38,673 nucleotides of DNA, from IMG/VR virus record IMGVR_UViG_3300020181_000020, positions 1 to 38,673 of that record. One strand, given 5' to 3'. Below are positions 9,311 to 18,772 of this stretch, one piece after another (the first letter of the stretch is position 1; every line of letters starts with the position of its first letter). The notes under the pieces are model-generated. The model was not told where the DNA came from, did no database searches, and worked only from the letters and a program-made list of their open reading frames with translations. A program made the translations under genes and the position numbers. This DNA comes from a virus (Duplodnaviria; Caudoviricetes).

Positions 9311-12300
9311 GAAAGCTGCTTCGAGATTTAACGCCAGGCCAGGACTATCTACTCGCATTTCGTTATAACGATGGGGAGAATGTATCCGACTGGTCGCCTA
9401 CCTACCAATTCAGAACCGATGGAGATGTAACTCCTCCGGCAGATCCTCTAAACGTTGAATGGAAGCCAACGGGTGAATCTTTTCTTGCCACTTGGGACTC
9501 TCCAACACTTGACGGTAACGGTAAGGTTCTTAAGGATTTTAAGCATTTTGAAATCACTGCAGAGGCTAACGGTAAGTCTAAGGTATATACCACCACCGCA
9601 ACTACTTGGGAATTAAATCTAGTGATGAATGCCGAGGCATTCGGCGGTATTGAGTTAACTGTAAAGATAACCATTAAGTCAGTAGATAATACTGGAAATA
9701 AGTCTAATGGTATTAGTAAGACAGCAACCGAGGACACTCCACCAATCCCCAGCGTTCCAATTATTTCGAATAACATGGGGCTACTTGTTGTGGAATGGGA
9801 TGGAAAAACCAGTCTAGGTACCATCAACCCTTTTAACTTGCAGTATATTGAGATTCACGCCTCTAAGATTCAGAACTTTACCCCATCTGATACGACAATA
9901 GCAGGTCGTTTTGAGGGGTGGGCGACTGGTAGCCAGAAGACTGTGCTGCCTAACCTAGATTATGGTGACAAGTATTACTTCAAGTTAGTATCAGTAAATA
10001 AAAAGATTAAGAAGTCACCACCTTCGCCGCAGGCAGAAGGAACAGCCGCTCGTATCTCAGGACTGGATATTGAGGATGGTGCAATCAGTGTCGATCAAAT
10101 TAATTTTGCTGATCAGCTCGGAGGCGGCCGAGCATGGTACGATGATGTTGCTCCAAGCACGGGGGTTAATGATGGTGATACATGGTTCGATTCTAACGAT
10201 AAGAATCATATGTATGTTCGGGTGGCAGGTCAGTGGGTTGATGCCCGTGACGCTGCAATTTCTGATGCCATAACTGCTTCGAATCAGGCCGTCACTGCTG
10301 CAAATGGTAAGAATAGAATATATCCTCAGCCGAATCAGCCCACCGGTGGCACATACATCAATGGTGATACATGGTTTGACACCGACGACGGCAATAAGCC
10401 ATACACGTATATTAATGGTACGTGGACAAACATGCGTGATGCTACGATTGCTGCTGCTCAAACGGCAGCCAATAATGCCACCACCCTAGCCAGTGGTAAA
10501 AACAGGGTTTACTACCAGCCTTCTCAGCCGACTGGTGGAACATATGTCAATGGAGATATGTGGTTTGATACAGACGACAAGAATAAGCCATATATTTATG
10601 CTAATGGTACGTGGAGCAATGCAAGAGACGCTGCAATTTCTGATGTTGAAATTTCTGCTGGTAATGCGCAGAGCGCGGCCAACGCTGCTGCTATTGCTGC
10701 TCAGAATGCTCAGGTCGCTGCTGATGCTGCTGCTACAGCGGCTGAGACTGCCGACGCAAATGCTTTAGCTGCGAGTGGGTTGGCCGGTAGCAAGGGAAAG
10801 GTCTGGTATCAGACAACGGCACCAGCCGGTAATTCAAATGATCTTTGGATTGATACTACCGGTGGAGCGAATACACCTAAGCGTTGGAATGGAAGTGCTT
10901 GGGTTGCTGTTACAGATAAGACGGCCACTGATGCTGCCGCTGCGGCAACTACAGCCAAGAATGCTGCTGATGCTGCCCAGGGTACTGCAAACACCGCAGT
11001 AACAAATGCACAAACGGCACAGAATCGTGCGGACGCCGCTCATGGACTTGCAACTACGGCTAATACCACTGCCAACGGCAAGAATGCGATTACCTATTCA
11101 ACGGGTGCTGCTACAGGCTCCGGTACACGCGCGGGAGATATTTGGTTCCAGCGCAATGCTAGTGGGGTTATTATTGGTCAGTGGGAATGGACCGGTTCAG
11201 CATGGCAGGCTAGAACTCTAGATAATGCAGTAATAGCTAATCTAGATGCAGGTAAACTAACTGCTGGTACGATTAGTGCTGATCGTATTGCTGCTGGTAC
11301 AATCACTACAGAGAAGCTTGCGGCAGATTCAGTAACTGCCGACAAGATTGCCGCCAATGCTGTAACTGCTACAGAAATTTTAGCAGGCTCTATTAACACG
11401 GCACATATGACGGCAAATACTATTAACGGTGATCGAATCCAGGCTGGTACGTTAAGTGCGGACAAGATCGTTGCTAATAGTATTGGTGCAGGCCAGATCG
11501 CCGCCGGTGCAATTACTGCTGATGAGATTAATGCCTTGGCCGTTACAACAGCAAAGCTAGCGGCTAATTCAGTAACAGCAGAAAAGATTCTGGCAGGCGC
11601 GGTAACGGCAGACAAGATTTTGGCCGGTGCAGTGACAGCAGAAAAGATCAATGCAGGAGCCGTAACAGCAGATAAGATCGGTACAAATCAGATCATCACA
11701 TCTTCTGCAAACATTGGTACTGCTGTAATTGATGCTGCTAACATTGCTTCTATCAATGCTGCAACCATCACAACCGGAACCATGCAGTCTTCTCTAACCT
11801 CTAACTATGGTGGTGTTGATCTTCCTTCATGGTCAATTAACATGAATGGTATGGCTAACTTTAGCGAGGCTAGGATTTATGGACAGCTAATTGTAGGTAG
11901 TTCTAACGCTGCGGTTGTTGCTAACAACTCAGCCGTTTCTATTAGGTCTTACAACTATCTTCCAAATGCAGCCGGTTGGACCATTAACGGTGACGGTACT
12001 GTTGAATTTGGATCAGCAACTATGCGTGGAAGCTTTAGAACTAACACAACTGGTAGACGAGTAGAGATTCTTTCCGGTGGTACATCTGGTGAAATTACCT
12101 TCTACGCACCAACCGGTCTTGCAACCAAGGTTCAGTCTTATTCAAGTGGTTCATGGCCTTTTGGTCTTGAGACTATTGCTATGAGAATTCCAACTGCCAA
12201 CGTGTATGGTGGATGGAATGCTTTCCAGCTACAGAGTGATCAGTCTGCATACTTAGTAACGAAGTTCGTTAACATGACTTATGGTGGTGACACTACAAAC

Positions 12301-13152
12301 GGTGGAGGATTCTTCATTAGTCACGCTACTGACCGAGGAACTTCATCAGTTGCCCCTCAGCTAGACACCCGTATGGATATTACAGAAGTAAACGGAACTC
12401 GTCTATATGACAATGGAAATAAGCTTCGTCTATGGCTGAGCAACGATGGTGGTTTCCAGTTGTTTGACGGAAGTGACTCTACAGGTGACGGTGACCTTAG
12501 ATTCTGGATTGGTGAAGAAACAACTAATATCTATGGACCGGCGGGTATTAATAGCTCGTTCCAGAGTCAGCCTCAGTTTAGCATTCAGCGTGGAGCAACA
12601 ATCATTAGGGGTAGAACTACTATTACTGGTGATGACTCATACGTTTCAGTTACAGATAGTGGAGTTCCGGGCTCATCTGCAAGAATGACTTTCGTGAACC
12701 GAAACAATTTTGGTGGATTGATTAAGTATTACTACATCGCTGGTGACACTGGTGGTCCACGAATCGAAATTCGTGGTGCCGACGACGCCGGTTTCTTGCC
12801 GGTGTGGGCAACTTCATTTGTTGTCAACTCTGACCGTGAGACGAAGAGGCAAATCACTGACGTATCATTTGATGCTCTAGAGATGGTTAAGAAGATGCGC
12901 GGACGTAAGTATCTTCGTAAGGGATATTCTGGTGGAAAGAATAACGAAGGCGTTCCAGATATCGAGCAGTTCGGATTTGTTACTGACGAGCTTCCGAAGG
13001 AGCTGGTAAAGGGTGATCCATCCTCAGACCAAGCATCAGGTATCGATGTTATGGCTGTAATTACTGCACTGGTTGGTAGCATTCAAAAAATCGATGAAAG
13101 ACTAACGGCTATGGAAGCTAGAATAGCTGAGATAGATAAGAAGAAGAAGTAA
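9307..13152 (+). CDS. Tail fibre / receptor-binding protein with FN3-like N-terminus, internal repeats and C-terminal intramolecular chaperone (peptidase S74-like)
   Basis: 1281 aa; FN3-like W/Y patterns; GDTWFD repeats; AGAVTADKI decapeptide repeats; NSDRETKRQI...GFVTDEL followed by a terminal coiled coil. Confidence 0.85.
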   Translation: MRKLLRDLTPGQDYLLAFRYNDGENVSDWSPTYQFRTDGDVTPPADPLNVEWKPTGESFLATWDSPTLDGNGKVLKDFKHFEITAEANGKSKVYTTTATTWELNLVMNAEAFGGIELTVKITIKSVDNTGNKSNGISKTATEDTPPIPSVPIISNNMGLLVVEWDGKTSLGTINPFNLQYIEIHASKIQNFTPSDTTIAGRFEGWATGSQKTVLPNLDYGDKYYFKLVSVNKKIKKSPPSPQAEGTAARISGLDIEDGAISVDQINFADQLGGGRAWYDDVAPSTGVNDGDTWFDSNDKNHMYVRVAGQWVDARDAAISDAITASNQAVTAANGKNRIYPQPNQPTGGTYINGDTWFDTDDGNKPYTYINGTWTNMRDATIAAAQTAANNATTLASGKNRVYYQPSQPTGGTYVNGDMWFDTDDKNKPYIYANGTWSNARDAAISDVEISAGNAQSAANAAAIAAQNAQVAADAAATAAETADANALAASGLAGSKGKVWYQTTAPAGNSNDLWIDTTGGANTPKRWNGSAWVAVTDKTATDAAAAATTAKNAADAAQGTANTAVTNAQTAQNRADAAHGLATTANTTANGKNAITYSTGAATGSGTRAGDIWFQRNASGVIIGQWEWTGSAWQARTLDNAVIANLDAGKLTAGTISADRIAAGTITTEKLAADSVTADKIAANAVTATEILAGSINTAHMTANTINGDRIQAGTLSADKIVANSIGAGQIAAGAITADEINALAVTTAKLAANSVTAEKILAGAVTADKILAGAVTAEKINAGAVTADKIGTNQIITSSANIGTAVIDAANIASINAATITTGTMQSSLTSNYGGVDLPSWSINMNGMANFSEARIYGQLIVGSSNAAVVANNSAVSIRSYNYLPNAAGWTINGDGTVEFGSATMRGSFRTNTTGRRVEILSGGTSGEITFYAPTGLATKVQSYSSGSWPFGLETIAMRIPTANVYGGWNAFQLQSDQSAYLVTKFVNMTYGGDTTNGGGFFISHATDRGTSSVAPQLDTRMDITEVNGTRLYDNGNKLRLWLSNDGGFQLFDGSDSTGDGDLRFWIGEETTNIYGPAGINSSFQSQPQFSIQRGATIIRGRTTITGDDSYVSVTDSGVPGSSARMTFVNRNNFGGLIKYYYIAGDTGGPRIEIRGADDAGFLPVWATSFVVNSDRETKRQITDVSFDALEMVKKMRGRKYLRKGYSGGKNNEGVPDIEQFGFVTDELPKELVKGDPSSDQASGIDVMAVITALVGSIQKIDERLTAMEARIAEIDKKKK

Positions 13153-13190
13153 AGTATGGTATCATATAGAAAGGAAAACTTAGGAGAATT

Positions 13191-13367
13191 ATGGCAAACG
13201 AAGTAGATGCAAACGATGCAATTGATTTTTTCTTGAGCCTGGTGGCAGACAAGGAAAGAGAAATTTCTGTTTTAAAGTTTCAATTGGCAGTAGCCAACAG
13301 GGATGCCAATCAGGAGGTGGATGTAGAGGATGGCGGCGACACCGTACAGACCGGTAGCGGTCAATGA
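13191..13367 (+). CDS. Small acidic hypothetical protein (58 aa, not in ORF track)
   Basis: AGGAGA SD then ATG; MANEVDANDAIDFFLSLVADKEREISVLKFQLAVAN... Confidence 0.65.
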   Translation: MANEVDANDAIDFFLSLVADKEREISVLKFQLAVANRDANQEVDVEDGGDTVQTGSGQ

Positions 13368-13767
13368 TAAGTCCTTAACCAAGGAAAAGCTACAGCAAAT
13401 GGTTAACAATGAACAGTGGCTATTTGAAAATAGTCCAAGGATGAGATATACTATGCATGACGGTGGCCTGACTAGGGACAATGGGGCGAAGATTTTGGCA
13501 GGTAAGGCTCTTTTTGGAGCTAGCACCAAGGATTGGGTAGAAAGAACAATTTATTTTGGTAATTTCTTCTCAGCAGCCTGTAAGCCGATAGTTCAAGTTA
13601 CTATTGAGACTACTGGTACTCATCTGAGGAAGCTTGCTACAGCCAGATCAATCGATGGAGGAGAGATTGACCATCGAGGTTTTATTTGTCATATTTCAGC
13701 ACAGGAGAGAAACGCTAAGGTAATTGAAACATGGGGATTAATTCACTATACAGCTATAGGATTCTAA
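13330..13767 (+). CDS. Hypothetical protein, possibly tail-associated
   Basis: 145 aa; C-terminal ERTIYFGNFFS...PIVQVT...IHYTAIGF resembles a lectin-like fibre end. Confidence 0.6.
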   Translation: MAATPYRPVAVNDKSLTKEKLQQMVNNEQWLFENSPRMRYTMHDGGLTRDNGAKILAGKALFGASTKDWVERTIYFGNFFSAACKPIVQVTIETTGTHLRKLATARSIDGGEIDHRGFICHISAQERNAKVIETWGLIHYTAIGF

Positions 13768-13789
13768 GTATGATGAGTGTAATGTAACA

Positions 13790-14086
13790 GTGGCGCGCAA
13801 GTACCATTCAAAGAGGCGCCGTGCGGCAATGGCAAGGGGTGAGAAAATTGACCACCTCGCAGTTTTTGAGCGCGATGAATGGACTTGCAACATCTGCGGA
13901 GAGCGTATTAACAAGCGACTACGCGGAGACGCATGGATGCGTGCTACACTAGATCACATCATCCCTCTGTCACGAGGCGGTACACACACTTACGATAATG
14001 TTGCAGCAGCCCACTGGTTGTGCAACATGGATAAGGGCGACAGTTTGCCAAGCGATCTTGAGTGTGCTATAGTAGAGGCAGTTTAA
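13790..14086 (+). CDS. HNH endonuclease
   Basis: CNIC...TLDHIIPLSRGGTHTYDNVAAAHWLCNMDKG. Confidence 0.9.
   Translation: MARKYHSKRRRAAMARGEKIDHLAVFERDEWTCNICGERINKRLRGDAWMRATLDHIIPLSRGGTHTYDNVAAAHWLCNMDKGDSLPSDLECAIVEAV
14045..14073 (+). promoter_or_regulatory. SigA-type promoter in the 3' end of the HNH gene
   Basis: TTGCCA-17nt-TATAGT with extended -10 TG. Confidence 0.5.
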
Positions 14087-14110
14087 ACCCCAGGCTACGG
14101 CTTGGGGTTC
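14087..14110 (+). terminator. Hairpin, either terminator or 5' stabiliser
   Basis: AACCCCAGGC-TACG-GCTTGGGGTT; weak U tail. Confidence 0.4.
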
Positions 14111-14129
14111 TGTCGTAGAAAGGTTTTTA

Positions 14130-14294
14130 ATGAGTGACAGCTTGAAGGTAGACCCCGAAGAGGCACTACGCCGGGTACGGGATTTGGTTAATGAGTATTT
14201 TGGACCCTCTGAGGCTTGGACTAAGCCAATGGACGGGCATAGCATGATGAGACGAATTAGAGACATTCTTAATTCTAGAGGAGTTGGCAATTGA
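14130..14294 (+). CDS. Small hypothetical protein (54 aa)
   Basis: GAAAGG SD, ATG; overlaps the next TTG start. Confidence 0.55.
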   Translation: MSDSLKVDPEEALRRVRDLVNEYFGPSEAWTKPMDGHSMMRRIRDILNSRGVGN

Positions 14295-14464
14295 ACAAGC
14301 AAGAGATGATTGAATATCTCAAAGAGGCCGAAGAAACTACTATGCGACTCGCGGGTAAGAAGTTTTTTACCTACCCCGATACCAGGCTTAACGGAGAGTT
14401 AATTCTTACGAACTATTATCTTGGCAAGGTTAGACGCCAGTTAGAAGAAGAGGTAACAAATTGA
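14291..14464 (+). CDS. Small hypothetical protein (57 aa)
   Basis: GAGGAG SD, TTG start; TTGA overlaps on both sides. Confidence 0.55.
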   Translation: MNKQEMIEYLKEAEETTMRLAGKKFFTYPDTRLNGELILTNYYLGKVRRQLEEEVTN

Positions 14465-15225
14465 GTAACGACCTAAGATGGTTGTTTTGTTCAGACGTAC
14501 ACTTTCCACTTCACGATAGGCGAAGTGTAGAGCTATGGATGAAAGTTCTAAAGTGGTGGAAGCCGCAGGCAGTTGATCTTCTAGGAGATATTGACGATGC
14601 TGACAGCACTAGCAGGTGGGCCATTGGTCCAGAAACAACAACTAATATCTTGGAGGGCGGTGTCACAGACACCAGGAACTTCCTTGCAGATATTCATGCA
14701 ATCGTTCCTGATGCAGACAAGCACTTCTTTGATGGAAACCACGGATGGTATAGGCATGAAAAGTATTTGGCAAAGAATGCGCCAGCGATGGTTGGACTCA
14801 TCGATCCTAAGCAGCTTTATGGGGCTGATGTTACCAACTTCGAATGGCACCAGTATGAGGAGCCTCCGCTCAAGCGCTATGGAGACATTTACTGTCACCA
14901 CGGAGAATCTATTTCCAAGCATAGTGCAGAAAGCGTCAGAAATGATGTACTCAATTGGGGGGTGTCCCTCATGCGAGGACATTCGCATCGACTTGGCAAC
15001 TACAATATCACCTACCCCATCACCGGGCAAGCCCTACGGGGATTCGAGATTGGCAATTTGTGTGATGCGAGTCTCATGGACTACGACAGATCACCCAATT
15101 GGCAACAGGGATTTGCCATTGGACACGTCGAAACTGACTCTAGTGGTACACAAAGAGCCCACATTCAGTTGATCGAAATTCACGATCATGTGGCTTACGT
15201 TGACGGCAAACGTTTCTCCACGTAG
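14461..15225 (+). CDS. Calcineurin-like metallophosphoesterase
   Basis: DVH, GDIDD, GNH, HG and GHSH motifs in canonical order. Confidence 0.9.
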   Translation: MSNDLRWLFCSDVHFPLHDRRSVELWMKVLKWWKPQAVDLLGDIDDADSTSRWAIGPETTTNILEGGVTDTRNFLADIHAIVPDADKHFFDGNHGWYRHEKYLAKNAPAMVGLIDPKQLYGADVTNFEWHQYEEPPLKRYGDIYCHHGESISKHSAESVRNDVLNWGVSLMRGHSHRLGNYNITYPITGQALRGFEIGNLCDASLMDYDRSPNWQQGFAIGHVETDSSGTQRAHIQLIEIHDHVAYVDGKRFST

Positions 15226-15249
15226 AATGGTGATCGCGCAGACAATAGA

Positions 15250-15465
15250 TTGGAGGACTTAGAATTGTGGTCTACATGGCAGCCGCCAGGTCAGCGTATT
15301 GAGGATAAGGTCGCTTGGGCTAAGGAACTTCTTGCGCTGTATGATCCTAATATTGATCTTGAGCACAGTAATGTGACAAGTGTTGGCGAGGGTGGAAATT
15401 GCTTGACCTGTGCCGTGAAATGGCCTTGCCCAACGGAAGTTCGACGCACCAATACAAAGACGTGA
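15250..15465 (+). CDS. Hypothetical protein with His/Cys cluster
   Basis: H...CLTC...WPCPT; start uncertain (15250 or 15265). Confidence 0.55.
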   Translation: MEDLELWSTWQPPGQRIEDKVAWAKELLALYDPNIDLEHSNVTSVGEGGNCLTCAVKWPCPTEVRRTNTKT

Positions 15466-15477
15466 TATAATACTGAT

Positions 15478-15723
15478 ATGGGTAGACACAGAGCGCCAGA
15501 TCAGCCCGCCGGGTTGGTAGAGAGGTTTACGGCTGTCTGGAAGAAATATCAGAAGTCCATTGTTGCAGCTATTGGAGCGATTGTCTCTACAATTTATGCA
15601 GTTTATACTGGAGGCATAACCCAAGAGGAATGGATTTTTATTGGATTCCAAGCTTTAGCCGCCGCAGGTGTATACAAGTTTCCTAACAAGGATAAAGATA
15701 AGGATAAGAATGTTAACGTGTAA
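15478..15723 (+). CDS. Holin-like two-helix membrane protein
   Basis: Two hydrophobic segments, GGITQEEW turn, GVYKFPN and charged tail; TG-A-TATAAT at 15463-15471 just upstream. Confidence 0.6.
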   Translation: MGRHRAPDQPAGLVERFTAVWKKYQKSIVAAIGAIVSTIYAVYTGGITQEEWIFIGFQALAAAGVYKFPNKDKDKDKNVNV

Positions 15724-15874
15724 GAAGTGCCAAGGACGCATGTTCCTTGATATCGTGTTTAGCGAATACAGCCATTATGAGTTGTTCTGTATTCGCTGTG
15801 GGAAACGACCCATGATTGCTAAGGAAAGTGATACTGGTAGATGGCTGACAAGGCTCATCGGAAGTACGATATAG
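15710..15874 (+). CDS. Small zinc-ribbon protein
   Basis: MLTCKKCQGRMF...FCIRCG; ATG at 15710. Confidence 0.7.
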   Translation: MLTCKKCQGRMFLDIVFSEYSHYELFCIRCGKRPMIAKESDTGRWLTRLIGSTI

Positions 15875-16410
15875 GACCGCCGAACCTAAGACCTCTAGAT
15901 AGAAGTGCTGTTCAGAAGTCTTACTTCTTTTTAGAGGGTAAACTTTATAAAACTCTACGCCAGGATAGGCCGAGGGATATTCTGACGGCCTGGGATTTTG
16001 AAGGCGACCGCATCGCTGACTTTGTATTGTCTGATGCTAAGAAGAAAATGAAGAATGCTTATGACACGGTTGAGGTTGCTCAGTTGCTTAATCGTCACCG
16101 TGCGAGGATTCAGGGGTATGTTTCTCGTGGAGATATCAATTCACCTATTCGTATTCATCACAAGGGAATGAATTCTAAGGGAACACCGTTTTCACGTATG
16201 AAGTGGAGTGAGGATGATATTCTTGCTTTGCATGAATTTATGCTTACAAATGGTAGTGGCCGACCCCGTAAAGATGGTACAATGTATGCGGGAGCACGTT
16301 TACCTACTCGCAAAGAACTATTGGCCTTGCTAAGACAGCAGACCATGTTCTACATGCGAACTGAGAGTGGCGATTATATCCCGGTTTGGAGTGCAAATAA
16401 TGAAGTATAA
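15841..16410 (+). CDS. Putative DNA-binding (HTH-like) protein
   Basis: YDTVEVAQLLNRHRARIQGYV...WSEDDI, a MerR/Xis-like pattern. Confidence 0.55.
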   Translation: MADKAHRKYDIGPPNLRPLDRSAVQKSYFFLEGKLYKTLRQDRPRDILTAWDFEGDRIADFVLSDAKKKMKNAYDTVEVAQLLNRHRARIQGYVSRGDINSPIRIHHKGMNSKGTPFSRMKWSEDDILALHEFMLTNGSGRPRKDGTMYAGARLPTRKELLALLRQQTMFYMRTESGDYIPVWSANNEV

Positions 16411-16726
16411 GTCTTTACCGAAGGACTCTGATATTGACCCCGAGGTTGCATTGTTACAGGGTGCAACCGCACTTGACGTGGCTGGGGAAATAGCAGAGCG
16501 AATGAACGATGTGGAAGGTCTTTTGAATGTAGCCGCTATGTGGATGAAGTTTAGCGAACAAATTCAGGAGTTTGGCGAAAAGGTTGAAGAGGCCGAAAAG
16601 AAGGCTGAAAACAAGGCAAAGGAAGGCGAAATCGTAAAGACCAGTACACCAAAGATTGAAGTCGGGTTTCAGTGCGAACCCGATCCAGAAGAGATTATTG
16701 TAGAAGACGGAGAAGAAATTGATTGA
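16400..16726 (+). CDS. Hypothetical acidic protein
   Basis: ORF with ATG at 16400 and GGAG SD. Confidence 0.6.
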   Translation: MKYKSLPKDSDIDPEVALLQGATALDVAGEIAERMNDVEGLLNVAAMWMKFSEQIQEFGEKVEEAEKKAENKAKEGEIVKTSTPKIEVGFQCEPDPEEIIVEDGEEID

Positions 16727-16940
16727 GCCAAATGCACCACAGCCACCAAGGGTCCGGGTTGCTGTTGGATATACACGAAACATGGGAGACTTCGAGAGTC
16801 TGCGTTATGATGTTGCTGTAGAAGCCTCACCACTTTCAGGTGAGTCAACTGAGGACGCCTTTAACCGTATCTCAGAATTCGTAGAGAGCAAGCTTACCGA
16901 AAAGCTTACTGAGGTTGAGGCCGAACTTAAGGAGAACTGA
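16719..16940 (+). CDS. Hypothetical protein
   Basis: GYTRNMGDFESLRYD motif, typical of small phage replication-module proteins. Confidence 0.7.
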   Translation: MIEPNAPQPPRVRVAVGYTRNMGDFESLRYDVAVEASPLSGESTEDAFNRISEFVESKLTEKLTEVEAELKEN

Positions 16941-17284
16941 TGGACGCCAAGACAAAGACCAAAAAGGTCAACGCCTTGATGACACGGTATATCCAATTGT
17001 ATGAGGACAAGTACGGCAGGAAGCCCAAGTTTAACCGTTACACTGAGAAGTGGGGCTTCATTGATATGTTGGATGATCTTGGGTTTGAGGCCATGCCAAC
17101 ATTAGAGTATTATTTCACGCTATCCGGTCGGAACCACACGACCCTCGATCTATTCAGGAACTCATCCGATCTTAATGAGTGGAGAGTTCAGGACATAGAG
17201 GATGAGGAAAATCGCCGGTTGCTAGCAATTCAGACTAAGAAGCGAGTGGAGGAACACAGACAAAGATGGCATCAGAAGCCCTAA
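16940..17284 (+). CDS. Hypothetical protein preceding helicase (possible loader)
   Basis: 114 aa, AAGGAG SD, overlaps dnaB; function inferred from position only. Confidence 0.6.
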   Translation: MDAKTKTKKVNALMTRYIQLYEDKYGRKPKFNRYTEKWGFIDMLDDLGFEAMPTLEYYFTLSGRNHTTLDLFRNSSDLNEWRVQDIEDEENRRLLAIQTKKRVEEHRQRWHQKP

Positions 17285-18507
17285 GTGTAATCAATGCAGT
17301 GTGTAAGAACAAGGATATCTATGAAATTCTCGGAGAGGATTCAGAAGTATTCGGTGAGTGGGGTGACGCGGCTGAGGTCGTAAAAGATTACTACAACCGT
17401 CACCGCACAGTACCAGATATTGATACCCTCATCAAGCTCTGCCCGGACGTGGAGGAAGTTCCTGTTAATGAGCCTACCAAGGCTTACATTGAGAGGATGA
17501 AGGAAGGTTACGTTCAGGGTCAGATCAATAGGCTGATCCTAATGACTGGAAAGAACTTGCAAAATGGTTTCCCAACTATGAAGGTTCTTGAAGGTTTGCA
17601 ACAGCAGGTTGCAAAGTTGACACGTCAGTCAACCATTGTCCAAGACGTAAATATCATGGACTTTGATCTGGCTGAGGACTACTACAAGAAGGTCCGTGAG
17701 CGTGCCGAGGAAAATGGTGGAGTCGTTGGTATCCCTACGGGGTTCGAAGGTATTGATTCTGCCTACACGACCGGTATGGCCGGTGGTCACCTGATTTATG
17801 CTATGGGATTCTCTGGTAATATGAAGACCTGGATTGCTGGTTTGCTTGCTAAGCAGACGTGGAAGTCAAGCCGTAAGGCTATGATCATTTCTATGGAAAT
17901 GACTCCTGAGGCTATGCGTAACCGTATCTACACAATGATGGGCGAAGGAGCCTTTAGGGATTCTGAGCTTGGTCGCGGTATTTATGACGAAGAGAGATTT
18001 GAGAGCTTCAAGAAGTATGCCGCAGAGCGTCCACCATTTATTGTAGTCGGTGGTACAGCAGGCCAGGACGTTACTCCTAACGTTGTGCAGGCAAAGATCG
18101 ATCAGCACCAGCCAGACCTAGTAGTTATTGACTACCAGCAGCTAATGATGGACAACGAGAAGAATACTCAAATGACTGCTCGTATGACCGCACTTAGCCG
18201 TGAGTTGAAGCTTCTAGCAGTTAACAACAATATTCCAATCATTGTTATCTCAGCAGTTACCGATAATGACCAGGGCCGTAACAAGCCACCAACAATTGAC
18301 CAGCTAGCCTGGGCTCGTGCTCTAGAGTACAGCGCAGATATGGTTTTTGCTGTCCACAAGTTGGACGACAACACGCTAGAAATCGTTGGTCGCAAGAACC
18401 GCTTTGGTGATCTATGGGATATGCTTGTTGAGGTCGATGTTAACCGGGGTATTTTCAAGGAAATGTTTGGACCGCGTGAAAATAATGACGAAGCAAATAA
18501 TTCGTAG
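17266..18507 (+). CDS. dnaB: DnaB-like replicative helicase
   Basis: GIPTGF, ISMEM, VIDYQQLM, SRELKLLA, LEYSAD and KNRFG motifs. Confidence 0.93.
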   Translation: MASEALSVINAVCKNKDIYEILGEDSEVFGEWGDAAEVVKDYYNRHRTVPDIDTLIKLCPDVEEVPVNEPTKAYIERMKEGYVQGQINRLILMTGKNLQNGFPTMKVLEGLQQQVAKLTRQSTIVQDVNIMDFDLAEDYYKKVRERAEENGGVVGIPTGFEGIDSAYTTGMAGGHLIYAMGFSGNMKTWIAGLLAKQTWKSSRKAMIISMEMTPEAMRNRIYTMMGEGAFRDSELGRGIYDEERFESFKKYAAERPPFIVVGGTAGQDVTPNVVQAKIDQHQPDLVVIDYQQLMMDNEKNTQMTARMTALSRELKLLAVNNNIPIIVISAVTDNDQGRNKPPTIDQLAWARALEYSADMVFAVHKLDDNTLEIVGRKNRFGDLWDMLVEVDVNRGIFKEMFGPRENNDEANNS

Positions 18508-18772
18508 ATTCCAGCTACCGGGCACGGTGGCCGGTGATAAGATAGTACAATCAAGAGACACACATAGACTAGCAATGCTGAATATGATGAGAGCAGAAGG
18601 ATTCGTTCCTCTGCTTGATCTTGACCCGGTATGGGAACAGCAGTGGATTAAGGATGATGTCTTTGGATTCGTTTATACAATGCAAGGCGTTTACGTCGGA
18701 GAGGATAAGGCATGGCAGACCGAGGGGGTCTTAGGTGGGAAGATGATTCCTTCTACACCGAGGATCAGGTAG
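18485..18772 (+). CDS. Hypothetical protein between helicase and primase
   Basis: ATG at 18485; MRAEGFVPLLDLDP...GVYVG. Confidence 0.65.
   Translation: MTKQIIRRFQLPGTVAGDKIVQSRDTHRLAMLNMMRAEGFVPLLDLDPVWEQQWIKDDVFGFVYTMQGVYVGEDKAWQTEGVLGGKMIPSTPRIR

Noticed and set aside
9307-13767. Diversity-generating retroelement or invertible tail-fibre switch
   Set aside because: No reverse transcriptase, site-specific recombinase or template/variable repeat pair in the window.
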